From Octopus bimaculoides (Eukaryota), in the NCBI RefSeq assembly GCF_001194135.2, contig NC_068984.1:913946-977945 (forward strand): 64,000 nt of DNA. The letters run 5' to 3'. A model generated the notes under the pieces. It made no database searches. It had not been told where the DNA came from and saw only the letters and a list, made by a program, of their open reading frames with translations. The translations under genes and the position numbers were made by a program. Below are positions 38,141-50,840 of this stretch, piece by piece. Position 1 is the first letter of the stretch, and every line of letters starts with the position of its first letter.

Positions 38141-39630
38141 TTATCATCATCATCATCATTATTATTATTATTATTAATTTTTATCGATTTTAGTTTAAGG
38201 AAAGACCCGACTCGACCTTCATTAGCGGTATTTATTTATCTATTTATTGATTCCAAATGTCAATAACAATCTCTGAGATTCTCAGCAATATACAGTATGT
38301 GCACACATGCACACATATATATATATAAATATATATATATACCTATATATACATAAATATATGCATGCATATNNNNNNNNNNATTATTATTAATTTTTAT
38401 CGATTTTAGTTTAAGGAAAGACCCGACTCGACCTTCATTAGCGGTATTTATTTATCTATTTATTGATTCCAAATGTCAATAACAATCTCTGAGATTCTCA
38501 GCAATATACAGTATGTGCACACATGCACACATATATATATATACACACACACATATATATGCACACACACACACACGCGCGCGCATATATATATACATAT
38601 GTATATATAAAAATTAATTCTAATACTACCTATTGTAGATAGCAGTTATGTTTATATATAAATAATTATAAACGAGTGTATATATGTGTTTGTGTGAGGC
38701 GGCAGTTGAGAGAGAGAGAGGGCGGAGGAAGGGAAACTTACCAAACTTGTTGAAGAAAGCCTTTCACATCGATGATGGTTTTTACTTTACTGTTATCATC
38801 ATCATCATCATCATCACCATCAACAACAACAGCAGCAGCAGCAGCAGCAGTATCCTTGTTGTTGTTGTTGTTATTTTATCCTCAGGTCATCTTTGATGTA
38901 TCAATAAAGCTAATCTAACCGTGACCTCTCCTCCTTTCTCACAAATCTACCACTAATGGTTTTTACAACAGCAGATTGTTACATGAGGGAATTTTAATTG
39001 CTATTTCTAGCAGGCCTCAGTAGAAGCTCTTTCGCTCGTCTTGTTGCAGTGATTCTTGATGTTGTTGCTGCTGCTGCTGCTGTTTCCTTCCGATGACGTC
39101 ACACCCCTTCGTTAACAGCAAAACAACCAGTTCCGTTACTTCAAAAACCTATTCAGACATCATCTTATCGTTGCTTCTATTGTTATTATTGTCAACATCA
39201 TCATCATCATCATCACAATCACCACCACCACCACCACCACCACTACTACTACTACTACCACTACTGTTTTATTTTCATTTCCCCTATTCACCGTTACCCT
39301 GATACCAACAGTCTGCCTCAATTGTCTTCCGTGCAATTTCCCGACCCCCAGCACAACTCTAAAACTTCCTCGATCCCTTCACAAACGTCCCTACCTTCCT
39401 CCGGCTTTTCCTCTCCCTCCACAATACTCTCGTTCCCAGTTTGTCTCCAACGAAAATTAATTCAGTTGAAATTATGAATCATTCTCTCACAGTCATTTGC
39501 TGTATTTCACGAAGGAAATAATTGGAAATTTTTTTTTTAATTTCATGGAAATATTTTTATTATTTCTTCGTGATTCATTTACAGATGTGTACTTCCTACA
39601 CACGCATGCATATACACAATACACAATACA

Positions 39631-39666
<36 letters not shown>

Positions 39667-40439
39667 CATATATATATGTGTATATATGTGTACGTATGTA
39701 TGTATGTATGTATGTCTGCACATAGATATACTTTCCTACATGCTTACAGTTATATACATGGCTACATAAGTATACACGCATGCGCACACGCACACACACA
39801 CACACACACACACATATACGAGGAAATAACTGTGGATTTGGCGGTCAGTCGTGGCGAATGGCTGGAAAAAGGTAATTGGAGAGGAGAGCTAGGAAGAAGG
39901 GGAGATAATAAAGTACTGGTGATCCCAAAATGCAGGCGCGTGTACGCGTGCGTGTGCGTATGTGAGAGTGTGTGTGTGAGTGTGCATGTGAATAGGAGCT
40001 AGTGACTTTGACGTGTAGAGGTGTGCGTGTGTAAGTGAATGCGTCTGCAATGTGTGGGTGTGCGGGTGATGGTGTGTGGTGTGGGTACTGGGAAGTGGTC
40101 AGTGCTAGTGTGTGTTGAGTGGTGTGATGTGGTGTGATGGTATGGTGGTGTGATGTGTGGGGTGTGAGGATTTGAGGGTGGGGTGTGAGTTTATGGTGAG
40201 GATGTGGGGGTGTGGTAAGGACGTGAGTATGGAGGAGTGGGGTATGTGGGAGTGGGATGTGCGGGGTGGGGGGTGGATGGAGTGGGTATGAATGAAGAGA
40301 GAAGGTGGGTAGGAGTAAAGAGAGGAAGTAGGTGTCAGGGCAAGAGAGGAGAGGTGGGTAGGAGTGAAGAGAGGAAGTAGGTGTCGGATGAGGAGAGGAG
40401 AGGAGGGGAGCTAGATGAAAAGGAGAGGGGAGTTGAACC

Positions 40440-40945
40440 CATGTGGCGCAAAGGAGCGAAGAGAGAAGATTAATTCCTGTTCACAGCGAAGGCGGGAGTC
40501 CGGATGAGCCCTATGCAAAGACAATCCGAACACAGACAGGCGTTGTACTGAATGACTGGTAGAGCGTAAATGGCGCCAGACCAAGGTGTCATTGCCTCAG
40601 TTGTGCTCTGCGGACCTATCAGTCAAGCGGCGTCCCGTTTGACTGATGTACAGAGAAGAGCAGAAAGAACAGGCGCTGCAGTAAATGACGTTGCTAGAAA
40701 TGCAGGTAAAGGAATCAGTGATATGATAGGGAAGACGATGGGTGCCTGTGAGGATGGTGGTGTTGGAGAGGTAGGGGTAAGTGTGACAGCGTGGGCAGGA
40801 GCAGGGGAACGAGCCAGGTTGGGAGGTGGGGTCAGGGAAGAAACTATGGACCAGGAAGAAACTATGGACCAGGGAGGTGGGGTTAGAGAAGAAACTATGG
40901 ACCAGAAGGTCACGTAGGTTGTGGGTTCGTTTGGAGGAGGAAAGG
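40440..40945 (-). mobile_element. Penelope-like GIY-YIG endonuclease fragment
   Basis: ORF 40597..41037: RDLLVHS...GSFPC..PRC...FTCISSNVIYC..C..CSSLYISQTGRRLTDR..EH, then EQELIFSL...PHGFN. Internal duplication at about 40845-40905. Confidence 0.88.
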
Positions 40946-41039
40946 GTATATATACATACATACATACATACATACATACATGTATGTATGTATGTATGTA
41001 TGTATGTATGTATGTATACACTTATATACGAATACATAT

Positions 41040-41790
41040 ATGTGCGAGTTTATGTAGACAACAACATAAACTGGGCCGCTCATATAAAGAGCAAAGTTGA
41101 CATGGCCCACAGAATGTGTTCTGGGATTCTCAGAACTTTCTAGTCGAGAGATATCCACACCATTATCTTCCTTTTCTCCACTTTTGCCTGACCCCACCTT
41201 GAATACTGTTGTCCACTGTGGTCTCCCCACACAAAACAAAGTATCATGAAAGTTGAAGCACCTCAAAGGTCACAAAAAAGATAGATGGCATGACAGGCCT
41301 TGACAATTGGGGTCGACTAGAAAAGCTCAAGCTTTATTCCCTCCGACGCCGCCGTGAGCGCTACATCATCTGCATGATGTGGAAAATATGCCATCAGCAT
41401 TGCCCAAATGATGTTGGCATCGCCTTTAAGATACAGCCAAGGCTTGAACCCCGAACCATCCACCCTCAACATAAATCATACTCGCATCACATAACAACAG
41501 CACGGCACAATTATTTCACCTCAATTGGCCCCGCTCTCTTTAACATTACACCAAAACACAATAAAGTAGAAACAGACCCCATAAAGTTCAAGAAGTCTTT
41601 GGACAAATTCCTTCAAGAAATCGCCAATAAACCTCCTACACCCGGATATGTCTCCATAAACAATAACTCTTTCCTCGAGTGGGCCATGTTGTCCAATTCC
41701 TGATTTGAATGACTTTGCCAGGTGGCGCCATTAAGACAGACATGGCCTGGGCCAATACTGGCCAAAACCACAGACATACATATTTATATA
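41040..41790 (+). mobile_element. CR1-like LINE 3' end
   Basis: YVDNNINWAAHI...ILRTF; ORF 41290..41703 LYSLRRRRERYIICMMWKI...FKKSLDKFL..I..KP.TPGY. Confidence 0.88.
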
Positions 41791-41959
41791 CGTGTACATA
41801 TAAGTATTCATACATGTGTATCAACGGTTTTCTCCTCAACTACATCTCCTTATTCCATTATTACAATCAATAGGTATCAACTGCTGTCTTTGTACGTTAG
41901 TCAAAATACATTTTAAAATTGAGAATTGCAGAAATATTATTTGCGGAGTTATCGTATAC

Positions 41960-42253
41960 CAAAATAGGAAAGTGGACATTTTTTGCTATTAGCTATTCTC
42001 CATTACGCGTGTTTCACTTGCTAATAGCAATTACAAAGAATTACATTTTAAATAGACTTGTAAGGAATTCCTTACCAGAAATTCATCACAGCAAGAAAAT
42101 GCTTTAGAATACCTGATGAATTTCTCATAGGAAATTCATAGAAAATTGCTTACATGTCTATATAACATATAAATCTTTGTCAATCCTGTCAGCAAATGAA
42201 ACACGTGTAATGGAGAATGAATAATATCAAAACATTTCCATCTTCCTGTTTTG

Positions 42254-42254
<1 letters not shown>
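41960..42254. repeat. Diverged long inverted repeat, arms about 115-120 bp
   Basis: attctccattacgcgtgtttcacttgct (left arm) pairs with agcaaatgaaacacgtgtaatggagaat (right arm), and the similarity extends along both arms. Confidence 0.8.
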
Positions 42255-42293
<39 letters not shown>

Positions 42294-42699
42294 NNNNNNN
42301 NNNNNNNNNNNNNNNNNNNNNNNNNNNNNNNNNNNNNNNNNNNNNNNNNNNNNNNNNNNNNNNNNNNNNNNNNNNNNNNNNNNNNNNNNNNNNNNNNNNN
42401 NNNNNNNNNNNNNNNNNNNNNNNNNNNNNNNNNNNNNNNNNNNNNNNNNNNNNNNNNNNNNNNNNNNNNNNNNNNNNNNNNNNNNNNNNNNNNNNNNNNN
42501 NNNNNNNNNNNNNNNNNNNNNNNNNNNNNNNNNNNNNNNNNNNNNNNNNNNNNNNNNNNNNNNNNNNNNNNNNNNNNNNNNNNNNNNNNNNNNNNNNNNN
42601 NNNNNNNNNNNNNNNNNNNNNNNNNNNNNNNNNNNNNNNNNNNNNNNNNNNNNNNNNNNNNNNNNNNNNNNNNNNNNNNNNNNNNNNNNNNNNNNNNNN

Positions 42700-42790
42700 A
42701 GAAGAAGAAGAAGAAGAAGAAGAAGAAGAAGAAGAAGAAGAAGAAGAAGAAGAAGAAGAAGAAGAAGAAGAAGAAGAAGACGAAGACGAA
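42700..42790 (+). repeat. (GAA)n microsatellite at a gap edge
   Basis: Direct read. Confidence 0.95.
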
Positions 42791-44175
42791 GGCTGAGAAA
42801 TTTGAAATTTGGAAATGTATGTGTATAAGCTATACGTATATGCATATATATGTATATATGTATATATATGAATATATATTACACATACATACATGTACAT
42901 ACATACATGCATATACATATACACACATAAATATATACAAATGCAAACATCTATGTGTGCACGTGCGAATGTGTGTGTGTGTGTGTATGTATGTGTGTGT
43001 GTATGTATGTGTGTGTGTATCGGTGAGTATTGGAAAGCGTTATAGAATGTCTAATTGTAGCGACCGTAGCATCAAATATCACAAGTACGCCGTCTCTGTG
43101 TTTATATCAGCGCTAGATTGTAATTTGGCAAATTGAAACTAGTGTACTCTTCTGTCTAAGCCGGGGCCGGTTTTCTTTCAATCTCTGCTCTTCACTGTAT
43201 TTATAAGGGTGTGTAACATAAATGAGACTTAATAAGAACTTCCAGTACAGTGCATTTGATGGGAAATTACATCTTTTCAGAAATGGAATCTTATTGAGAG
43301 GGATGAAGGTGTGGATGCGACTGAATTAAATCGTGCAATTTGTGTGTGAGTGTGTGTGTGTATGTGTGTGTGTGTGCGTGTGTGTATGTGTGTGTGTGTA
43401 TGTGTGTGTGTATGTGTGTGTGTATGTGTGTGTGTGTACATATACATAAATATATATATATATGTATGTGTGTGTGTATGTATGTATGTATGTATGTATG
43501 CATGTATGTATGTATGTATATGTGTATAGACACACACACAATGCTATATTTTATTGATTATATATAAATGTTAATGTCACGATAGTATTCAGTAGTTGGA
43601 GACAAATTTAATTATAATATTTGTGCACAGTTAAATATCTAAAATTATTGGTAACAACGTAATCTAAATGCACAAATGTTTTTTTTTTTAATATTTATCC
43701 ATATGAAATTCCAAGTTTCATAAGTTACATACACCATCATTAGTGTAGTAAACTAGGTCCTATAGTTTTACGTATATAACTAATTATATGTCCTTTTGGA
43801 ACACGAGATCAAACGTCACTCCGCAAGTCGAAGAATACTATACAAATGTTTAGGATTCAGTCCATACAACAAAGCGCAGAGAATGTATGTAAATAAATCA
43901 TCGCTTAAGAGTTCTACTTCGTTAGGAATTTACTAAATATTGAATTCAATATTAGGGTCCCTATAATTCTTTCTTCTTCGTATACACACCCATATTAACA
44001 TGATGATAGTGCTTGGTGTCTTCAGATACAGCTAGGTATAGGTATGTGTGTGTATACATACATACATACATATATACATACATACATACATACATATATG
44101 TCTAACTTAATAGCACCACCTGGAATACATATATATTTTCTCTCTCCGTTTTTTTTTCTTTCTCTCTCCGTATTA

Positions 44176-45087
44176 TTAGATCGTCAAGTATGAAATTTGT
44201 AGTAAGGTATATGATAAACTTTGACAGCTGCTCATTCTGCGCTTTATAAAGTATTTATAAATTGTTTTTTGCTATATTTGTTTAGAGATGGATAAGTCGG
44301 AAATTCGTACAGTTTTGAAATATGAGTTCTTTCTTGGAAATACAGCATCACAGACAGCTCGGAATATTAATGGAGTATTTCATTCTAATATTATTACACA
44401 GCAGACAGTATCAAATAGGTTTGCAAAATTTCGTTATGTGATGAGAAATGGATCCAATACAACAACCGTAAACATTCAGGACAATGTGGTTAGACAAAGA
44501 CGAGCCACCAAAACACAGTCCAAAAAGCAAAACTTATCAAAAGAAGCTGTTGCTGTGTGTTTGGTGGTCTGGTGCAGGTCTGATCCATTATGATTTCATT
44601 AAACCTGGCTCATCAGTCACGGCCGAAGTATACTGCAACCAACTGGACCAAAAATGCAGAAACTTACAAACAAAAACAGCTTAGATTAGTCAACAGATCC
44701 ACTTCTATTTTATTGCAAGACAACACCAGACCACACATTGTAAAATTGACGTTGGCGAAATTACAGGAGTTGGAGTTGGAAGTTCCCCATCATCCACCAT
44801 ACTCATCTGATCTTGCCCCCACTGACCACCACTTCTTCCAGAATTTGGATAACTTTTTGATAGGAAAATAATTAATTCCGACGACGCTATAAAACAGGCC
44901 TTCCAAGATTTTATTGACTCTAGATTGCCAGGCTTTTACAGTTCTAGGCTGGACAAGCTACTGCTGAAATGATAAAAGTGTATTGACAATATGGGGGCAT
45001 ACTTTGATGAATAAAACTATTCCTTGTATTTATAAAACATTACCAAACTTTTTTTCTTTTCTACAAATTTCATACTTGACGACTTAA
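44176..45087 (+). mobile_element. Mariner (Tc1/mariner) element, internally deleted, with 27-bp TIRs and TA target duplication
   Basis: TIRs at 44176-44202 and 45061-45087 (2 mismatches); TA at 44174-44175 and 45088-45089. Transposase remnants MDKSEIR..YEF, CDEKWIQY, CVWW, LLQDNTRPH, HPPYSSDLAPTDHHFF. Confidence 0.95.
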
Positions 45088-45094
45088 TATTTTC

Positions 45095-45240
45095 CCTATT
45101 AATCCTTTCTATTGAAGAGCATAGGCCGGAAACGTCAAAGATTTTTCCATTCTTCCCAAGCGTTAAACTGATACACAAGCTTGTTGTTCTTTCACCAGTC
45201 TTCGTCTTTTGTTTTCTGAAAATTTGAACTCTCTCTCTCA
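45095..45240 (+). mobile_element. Penelope-like 3' end (solo), same family as 16555-16680
   Basis: gaagagcataggccggaaacgtcaaaga...agcgttaaactgatacac...caccagtcttcgtcttttgtttt aligns with the 16.6-kb copy. Confidence 0.75.
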
Positions 45241-45525
45241 TTCTCTTTCTGTCTCTGTNNNNNNNNNNNNNNNNNNNNNNNNNNNNNNNNNNNNNNNNNN
45301 NNNNNNNNNNNNNNNNNNNNNNNNNNNNNNNNNNNNNNNNNNNNNNNNNNNNNNNNNNNNNNNNNNNNNNNNNNNNNNNNNNNNNNNNNNNNNNNNNNNN
45401 NNNNNNNNNNNNNNNNNNNNNNNNNNNNNNNNNNNNNNNNNNNNNNNNNNNNNNNNNNNNNNNNNNNNNNNNNNNNNNNNNNNNNNNNNNNNNNNNNNNN
45501 NNNNNNNNNNNNNNNNNNNNNNNNN

Positions 45526-45587
<62 letters not shown>

Positions 45588-46104
45588 TGTGTAAGATTCA
45601 GTTGAACAAGATACTTAAAAGTTAGGCGCCTAGTTAGGTCGCAATAAAATGCACGCACAACGATTATAGATGAATACCAACCTTGGTACAGATGTACTGG
45701 CAGAATGATATTCAGGTAATGTATGCAGTTTATTGGACCCAGGTGAGTATATCATCCGCTCTTGACCTATTCAGACATTATATTAAATATACAGTCCATA
45801 GAACACGCGAGGGCCGTGATCTGGTATAGATGAATTAAAAATAAATAATAATTGAAGGACAGTTGTCAATCCATTACGACTGTTACCAGCGATTTTTCTT
45901 TCGATTAAGCTAGATGCAGAATCATTTAATATGGATGTCACCGGGGTTTTAAATAATTTTTAAAATTATAATAAACGTCCTTGATTGTAAGATTCATGTA
46001 TTCAGCTGATGAAAACGTTTTTTAGAACGATATAATGTACTCATCTATCAATGAAACAATTCGTTAGAAACTGCTGTAATGGATTGACACCTCTCCTTCA
46101 ATTG

Positions 46105-46142
<38 letters not shown>

Positions 46143-47237
46143 NNNNNNNNNNNNNNNNNNNNNNNNNNNNNNNNNNNNNNNNNNNNNNNNNNNNNNNNNN
46201 NNNNNNNNNNNNNNNNNNNNNNNNNNNNNNNNNNNNNNNNNNNNNNNNNNNNNNNNNNNNNNNNNNNNNNNNNNNNNNNNNNNNNNNNNNNNNNNNNNNN
46301 NNNNNNNNNNNNNNNNNNNNNNNNNNNNNNNNNNNNNNNNNNNNNNNNNNNNNNNNNNNNNNNNNNNNNNNNNNNNNNNNNNNNNNNNNNNNNNNNNNNN
46401 NNNNNNNNNNNNNNNNNNNNNNNNNNNNNNNNNNNNNNNNNNNNNNNNNNNNNNNNNNNNNNNNNNNNNNNNNNNNNNNNNNNNNNNNNNNNNNNNNNNN
46501 NNNNNNNNNNNNNNNNNNNNNNNNNNNNNNNNNNNNNNNNNNNNNNNNNNNNNNNNNNNNNNNNNNNNNNNNNNNNNNNNNNNNNNNNNNNNNNNNNNNN
46601 NNNNNNNNNNNNNNNNNNNNNNNNNNNNNNNNNNNNNNNNNNNNNNNNNNNNNNNNNNNNNNNNNNNNNNNNNNNNNNNNNNNNNNNNNNNNNNNNNNNN
46701 NNNNNNNNNNNNNNNNNNNNNNNNNNNNNNNNNNNNNNNNNNNNNNNNNNNNNNNNNNNNNNNNNNNNNNNNNNNNNNNNNNNNNNNNNNNNNNNNNNNN
46801 NNNNNNNNNNNNNNNNNNNNNNNNNNNNNNNNNNNNNNNNNNNNNNNNNNNNNNNNNNNNNNNNNNNNNNNNNNNNNNNNNNNNNNNNNNNNNNNNNNNN
46901 NNNNNNNNNNNNNNNNNNNNNNNNNNNNNNNNNNNNNNNNNNNNNNNNNNNNNNNNNNNNNNNNNNNNNNNNATACATACATACATACATAATACATACA
47001 TACATACATACATACATATGACATAAAATGTTTAGTATAGAGCTGTGTTAGAAGTGTGTAATGGTGGAGAGTCTAGTTCAACAGTGTTTTGGCAAAGCGA
47101 ATTATTTTCACCAATCGGTGGAGTGTCTGAAATAATTCAATGCGTTTGGCAGACTGTCCGCACGACACCTTCAGGTACGAGGAAATAATTCAAATAACCA
47201 ATGTACACACGGACACACCCTTACACACACACACACG

Positions 47238-47283
<46 letters not shown>

Positions 47284-47668
47284 TACACATGTAGAAATTT
47301 CTGCGGTCAGGAGCAGCAACATGGATATGTTATTTAATCCTGTTGATGTGTATTCGCTAACAATGGCTGTTGTTATCTATCTAAGACAGATATTAGTTAA
47401 TCGAACAGGATACGTTGAGTCTTATATTATCGGCGACAGTAAGAGAGCTTAATGTGATTATTGGTTATCAGCGATATAATAGATGAGGCACAGCATGACA
47501 GTATGACAGTAACAGCAGCAGCAGCAGCAGCAGAATGACAAAATACCAATGACATGACTAATCACCCGGATGTAACCTAAGTTTCAGCTGAGTCACAGTT
47601 GAAGATGACATCAACTCCGGAGGTGTTCATGTCAAAGTCATGTAAAAGAACTTGGGTAAATTATCGTT

Positions 47669-47745
<77 letters not shown>

Positions 47746-49409
47746 AACTGCAACGAGTTGTGGCTTTAGAAGTAAACAGAAAGTAAAAAGACAGTGACAT
47801 TCGGAAAAAGTCAGGTAGTTCGTCTTGGTGCGTTCCAGGTTCGAGTCCATATGAATCCATTTTATCGTTCATTCCTCCAAGAGAAATACAATAAGTATCA
47901 GGCAAATAAATGAGGCCGTTAACTCAACATACCTGTCTTTGTCAAATGTGTAAAGGTAATGTGAGTGTGTGGAGTGCCAGAACCAACGCTTCCTCGGTTT
48001 TGTCTTTTCATCTTTATGAAATCAATAAAATACATGGCAACAAAGAGATCAGTCAGTTTACCTTTCTTTGTAAAATCTATTGTTGCACTTTGTCAAACAA
48101 AATCAATATTTACGTAATCAATAGGTCATCATCCAGTGAATGCTGATTAGAATCGATAGCAGAATCCCAATTTTCCCCTGCACCTACGGAAAACAGAATG
48201 CTGTTTACTTCGGTGACATGCGAACGAATAATTGTCAGTAAGATCACAATATTTGCATTGTAGGTAACACGACTGAATAAGTTTAGTTATGAATGAGCAG
48301 TTCAATGCTCTGGTTTGAGAGTAAGTAGTTTGTAGCAAGAGGAAGGAATGATATGGAAATTGTTAAAAATCATTACTGGAAGCTATTAGCCGAGAATTAT
48401 AAGCGAATAAAAGCAAGGAAAGTATTACAAATATCAGAATACATAGTTGCCATTACACGGTGTGTGCGTTTGGTTCGGTTGAACAGAGCTCTTTATCGAA
48501 CTTTCAGTTCTAAAGAGTGCACAAAGCTCTTGGCTCTAAAATATGATCTAACACAAACAAGATTGCGTGAGAACAATGGTTAAATCCCATAGGAATTCTG
48601 TTGAAAATAATTACAAAGGCAGAATACTTTCTAAATTATCAAACATTCATTGCCATTTTACGCTCTTCGCTATTTGCTCGACAAATATCAATCGCTTTGC
48701 TTTGATATTTCAGAATCAAAATACAAACAAAAACGAAAATGGATTATGAAAGTGTGTCAGTTCAATTTAAGAATGGCTTACAACGATTTACTTTGTTTTC
48801 TTGTTCTAATAGAAGAACTAACGCCATATTCGACTCACTCAAATCTATCTTATACTCAACAGCACTACTTGCAGTATTCTTCCTCAGCACTATCACCACA
48901 CCAGTTTTGTTTTTATTATCGGAGCCTCCATGTTCGTAGGCTGGGAAAATGAGTAGAGCCCCACATGAAGTGTCTTCTGCTATTCAGATTTCCCTTCTAA
49001 GTTTCAAATCGGACACCAACCGCTTTTGTGTGTTGTCCATTCTTGAGACGATAAAAATAGATTACACCGTGGACTAGATTCAAGGCTTTGAATCAAACTT
49101 ATAAATTCTGTTTTCCTTGTATTCGACTCAAACTTAAATCATGTTGGAATATAGCAGAATATAACACTATACTGATATTTTCATTCTTAAATGTCCAAAG
49201 AAGGCGAGTAATAGGAACTCCTGATGCCGTCAATTGTTTGTTGAAGGTAAATCTAGAACGAATTAGAACAGGATTAAATAGAGTCAAATGGGCAGCGTTG
49301 GTTCGATTTCGTCTGTCGTCACCAACACTCAAAGAATGAAATTACTATAATCTCTTGAATTAGGGCAAGACATGGCACAACCGAGACTGAAATACTTTAT
49401 AGCATTTAG

Positions 49410-49520
49410 TTATTGCCTTTCGAGTTCAAATCCCGCTGCAAAACTTTGTCTTTTTATCCTTCCTGGATCAATAAAATAGAATTCCTGACAATTATTGGAT
49501 CGATCGAAACAAAACCCTTC
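49410..49520 (+). mobile_element. SINE family 3, degenerate partial copy
   Basis: gagttcaaatcccgc...actttgtctttttatccttcctggatcaataaaatag. Confidence 0.55.
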
Positions 49521-49961
49521 AAACACACAATTGTGCATCTAAAACCTCTGATTATTCTTTTATCAGGGCAGTGGTTGTCAGAATCAAGAAAACCTGGTTA
49601 CAGTGTTTAATTCTGTAATATTTAGGAATATAATAAACAGTTCGTTTTGCCGGCAAAACAAATGGTCCAACTGAAGTACGATTCGGCCGAGTCACGTGGT
49701 TAAGGAGCTGCCTTCACAAACATTGGTTACTTGTTCAATTGTATTGGGAAACATTTTCGGGCTACAAACAATGGTGAGTGATGAATAAATGGACTATGAT
49801 TGGAATTTGATACGTAGAAACTGAGCGGAATCCCATTGCATATATTTGTGTGTGTGCGTGTGTGAGTGCGTGTGTGCGTGTGTATTGACAGGTAGGTAGG
49901 TAGGTAGGTGGGTGGATGGATGGATGGATGGATGGATGGATGGATGGATGGACAAACAGAC

Positions 49962-49999
<38 letters not shown>

Positions 50000-50089
50000 C
50001 GGTTATCATTACTGACTGATTTCATAATGGCAACTAAACGTGACATTCGTGACTCTGTAGAACTAAAATTCTTTAAGAGACTACATGTT

Positions 50090-50840
50090 GGACAGATCAC
50101 TGCCTTGTACGAGCAAAACTAGTCGTTAGGAAAATGCTTACACCGAATAACACGAAGATTCGTCGAAAACAGTTGAATGCTGAAAAATCCAAGATCCAAC
50201 AAAAACTGCAAACTCTTTGTGAAGCTGCAACAAATTCATCAGATAATGGTTCATAGCCAGACTTCAAAGGAGAGGATTATGCCACCGCTGTCTATAGCTT
50301 TGACTTGAGGACCCATAAACATAAAGATTGATTCGATGAAAATAACACAGAAATACTTAAATAAGACCAGAATTTGATCAATCCTGATTTACCTTATAAA
50401 GAACGTTTGAGGAGAGGAATTACTGAAACACTCGAAATCAACTTTACAGAGAGAATTGAGAGGAGAATGAAGAGCGTTCAGTCTTTCAATATATTCACAG
50501 GGATTCAGCTTCGATAAACAAAAAATAAATTTCAAAACTGTGTATACTTTGTTCAGACAGGTATTTGGTCTTCGCCAATCAACTACTATTCCTTTCCTTT
50601 GCAAAGAGGAATCCACTTTGATGAGTGATATTGAAATAATTCTGGAAATAAATCATTTCACGGATCTTTAACACAATCCGTCCAAAATAGATGTGGAAGT
50701 CATAGAACACTTACTACAACAACACCAGGTTATTGAAAGAAAATGGATAATAAACCTAACATCGTCAAAATTGTCATTTAGCAGATCAACTGGGAAAAAA
50801 CTATAGGAACAAATGATCTAGCAAGTTAGGTTATTGAGTA
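50090..50840 (+). mobile_element. RTE-like LINE remnant (endonuclease-RT linker to RT start)
   Basis: KHKD*FDENNTEI; RQVFGLRQST.IP...ESTLMSDIE.IL..HFTDL.HNPSKID.EVIEHLLQ; QINWEKTIG. Confidence 0.6.

Noticed and set aside
38166-38545. About 160-bp direct duplication either side of a 10-N gap (38373-38382)
   Set aside because: Near-identical contig ends around a minimal gap are the signature of an unmerged overlap or of two haplotypes, so most likely an assembly artefact.
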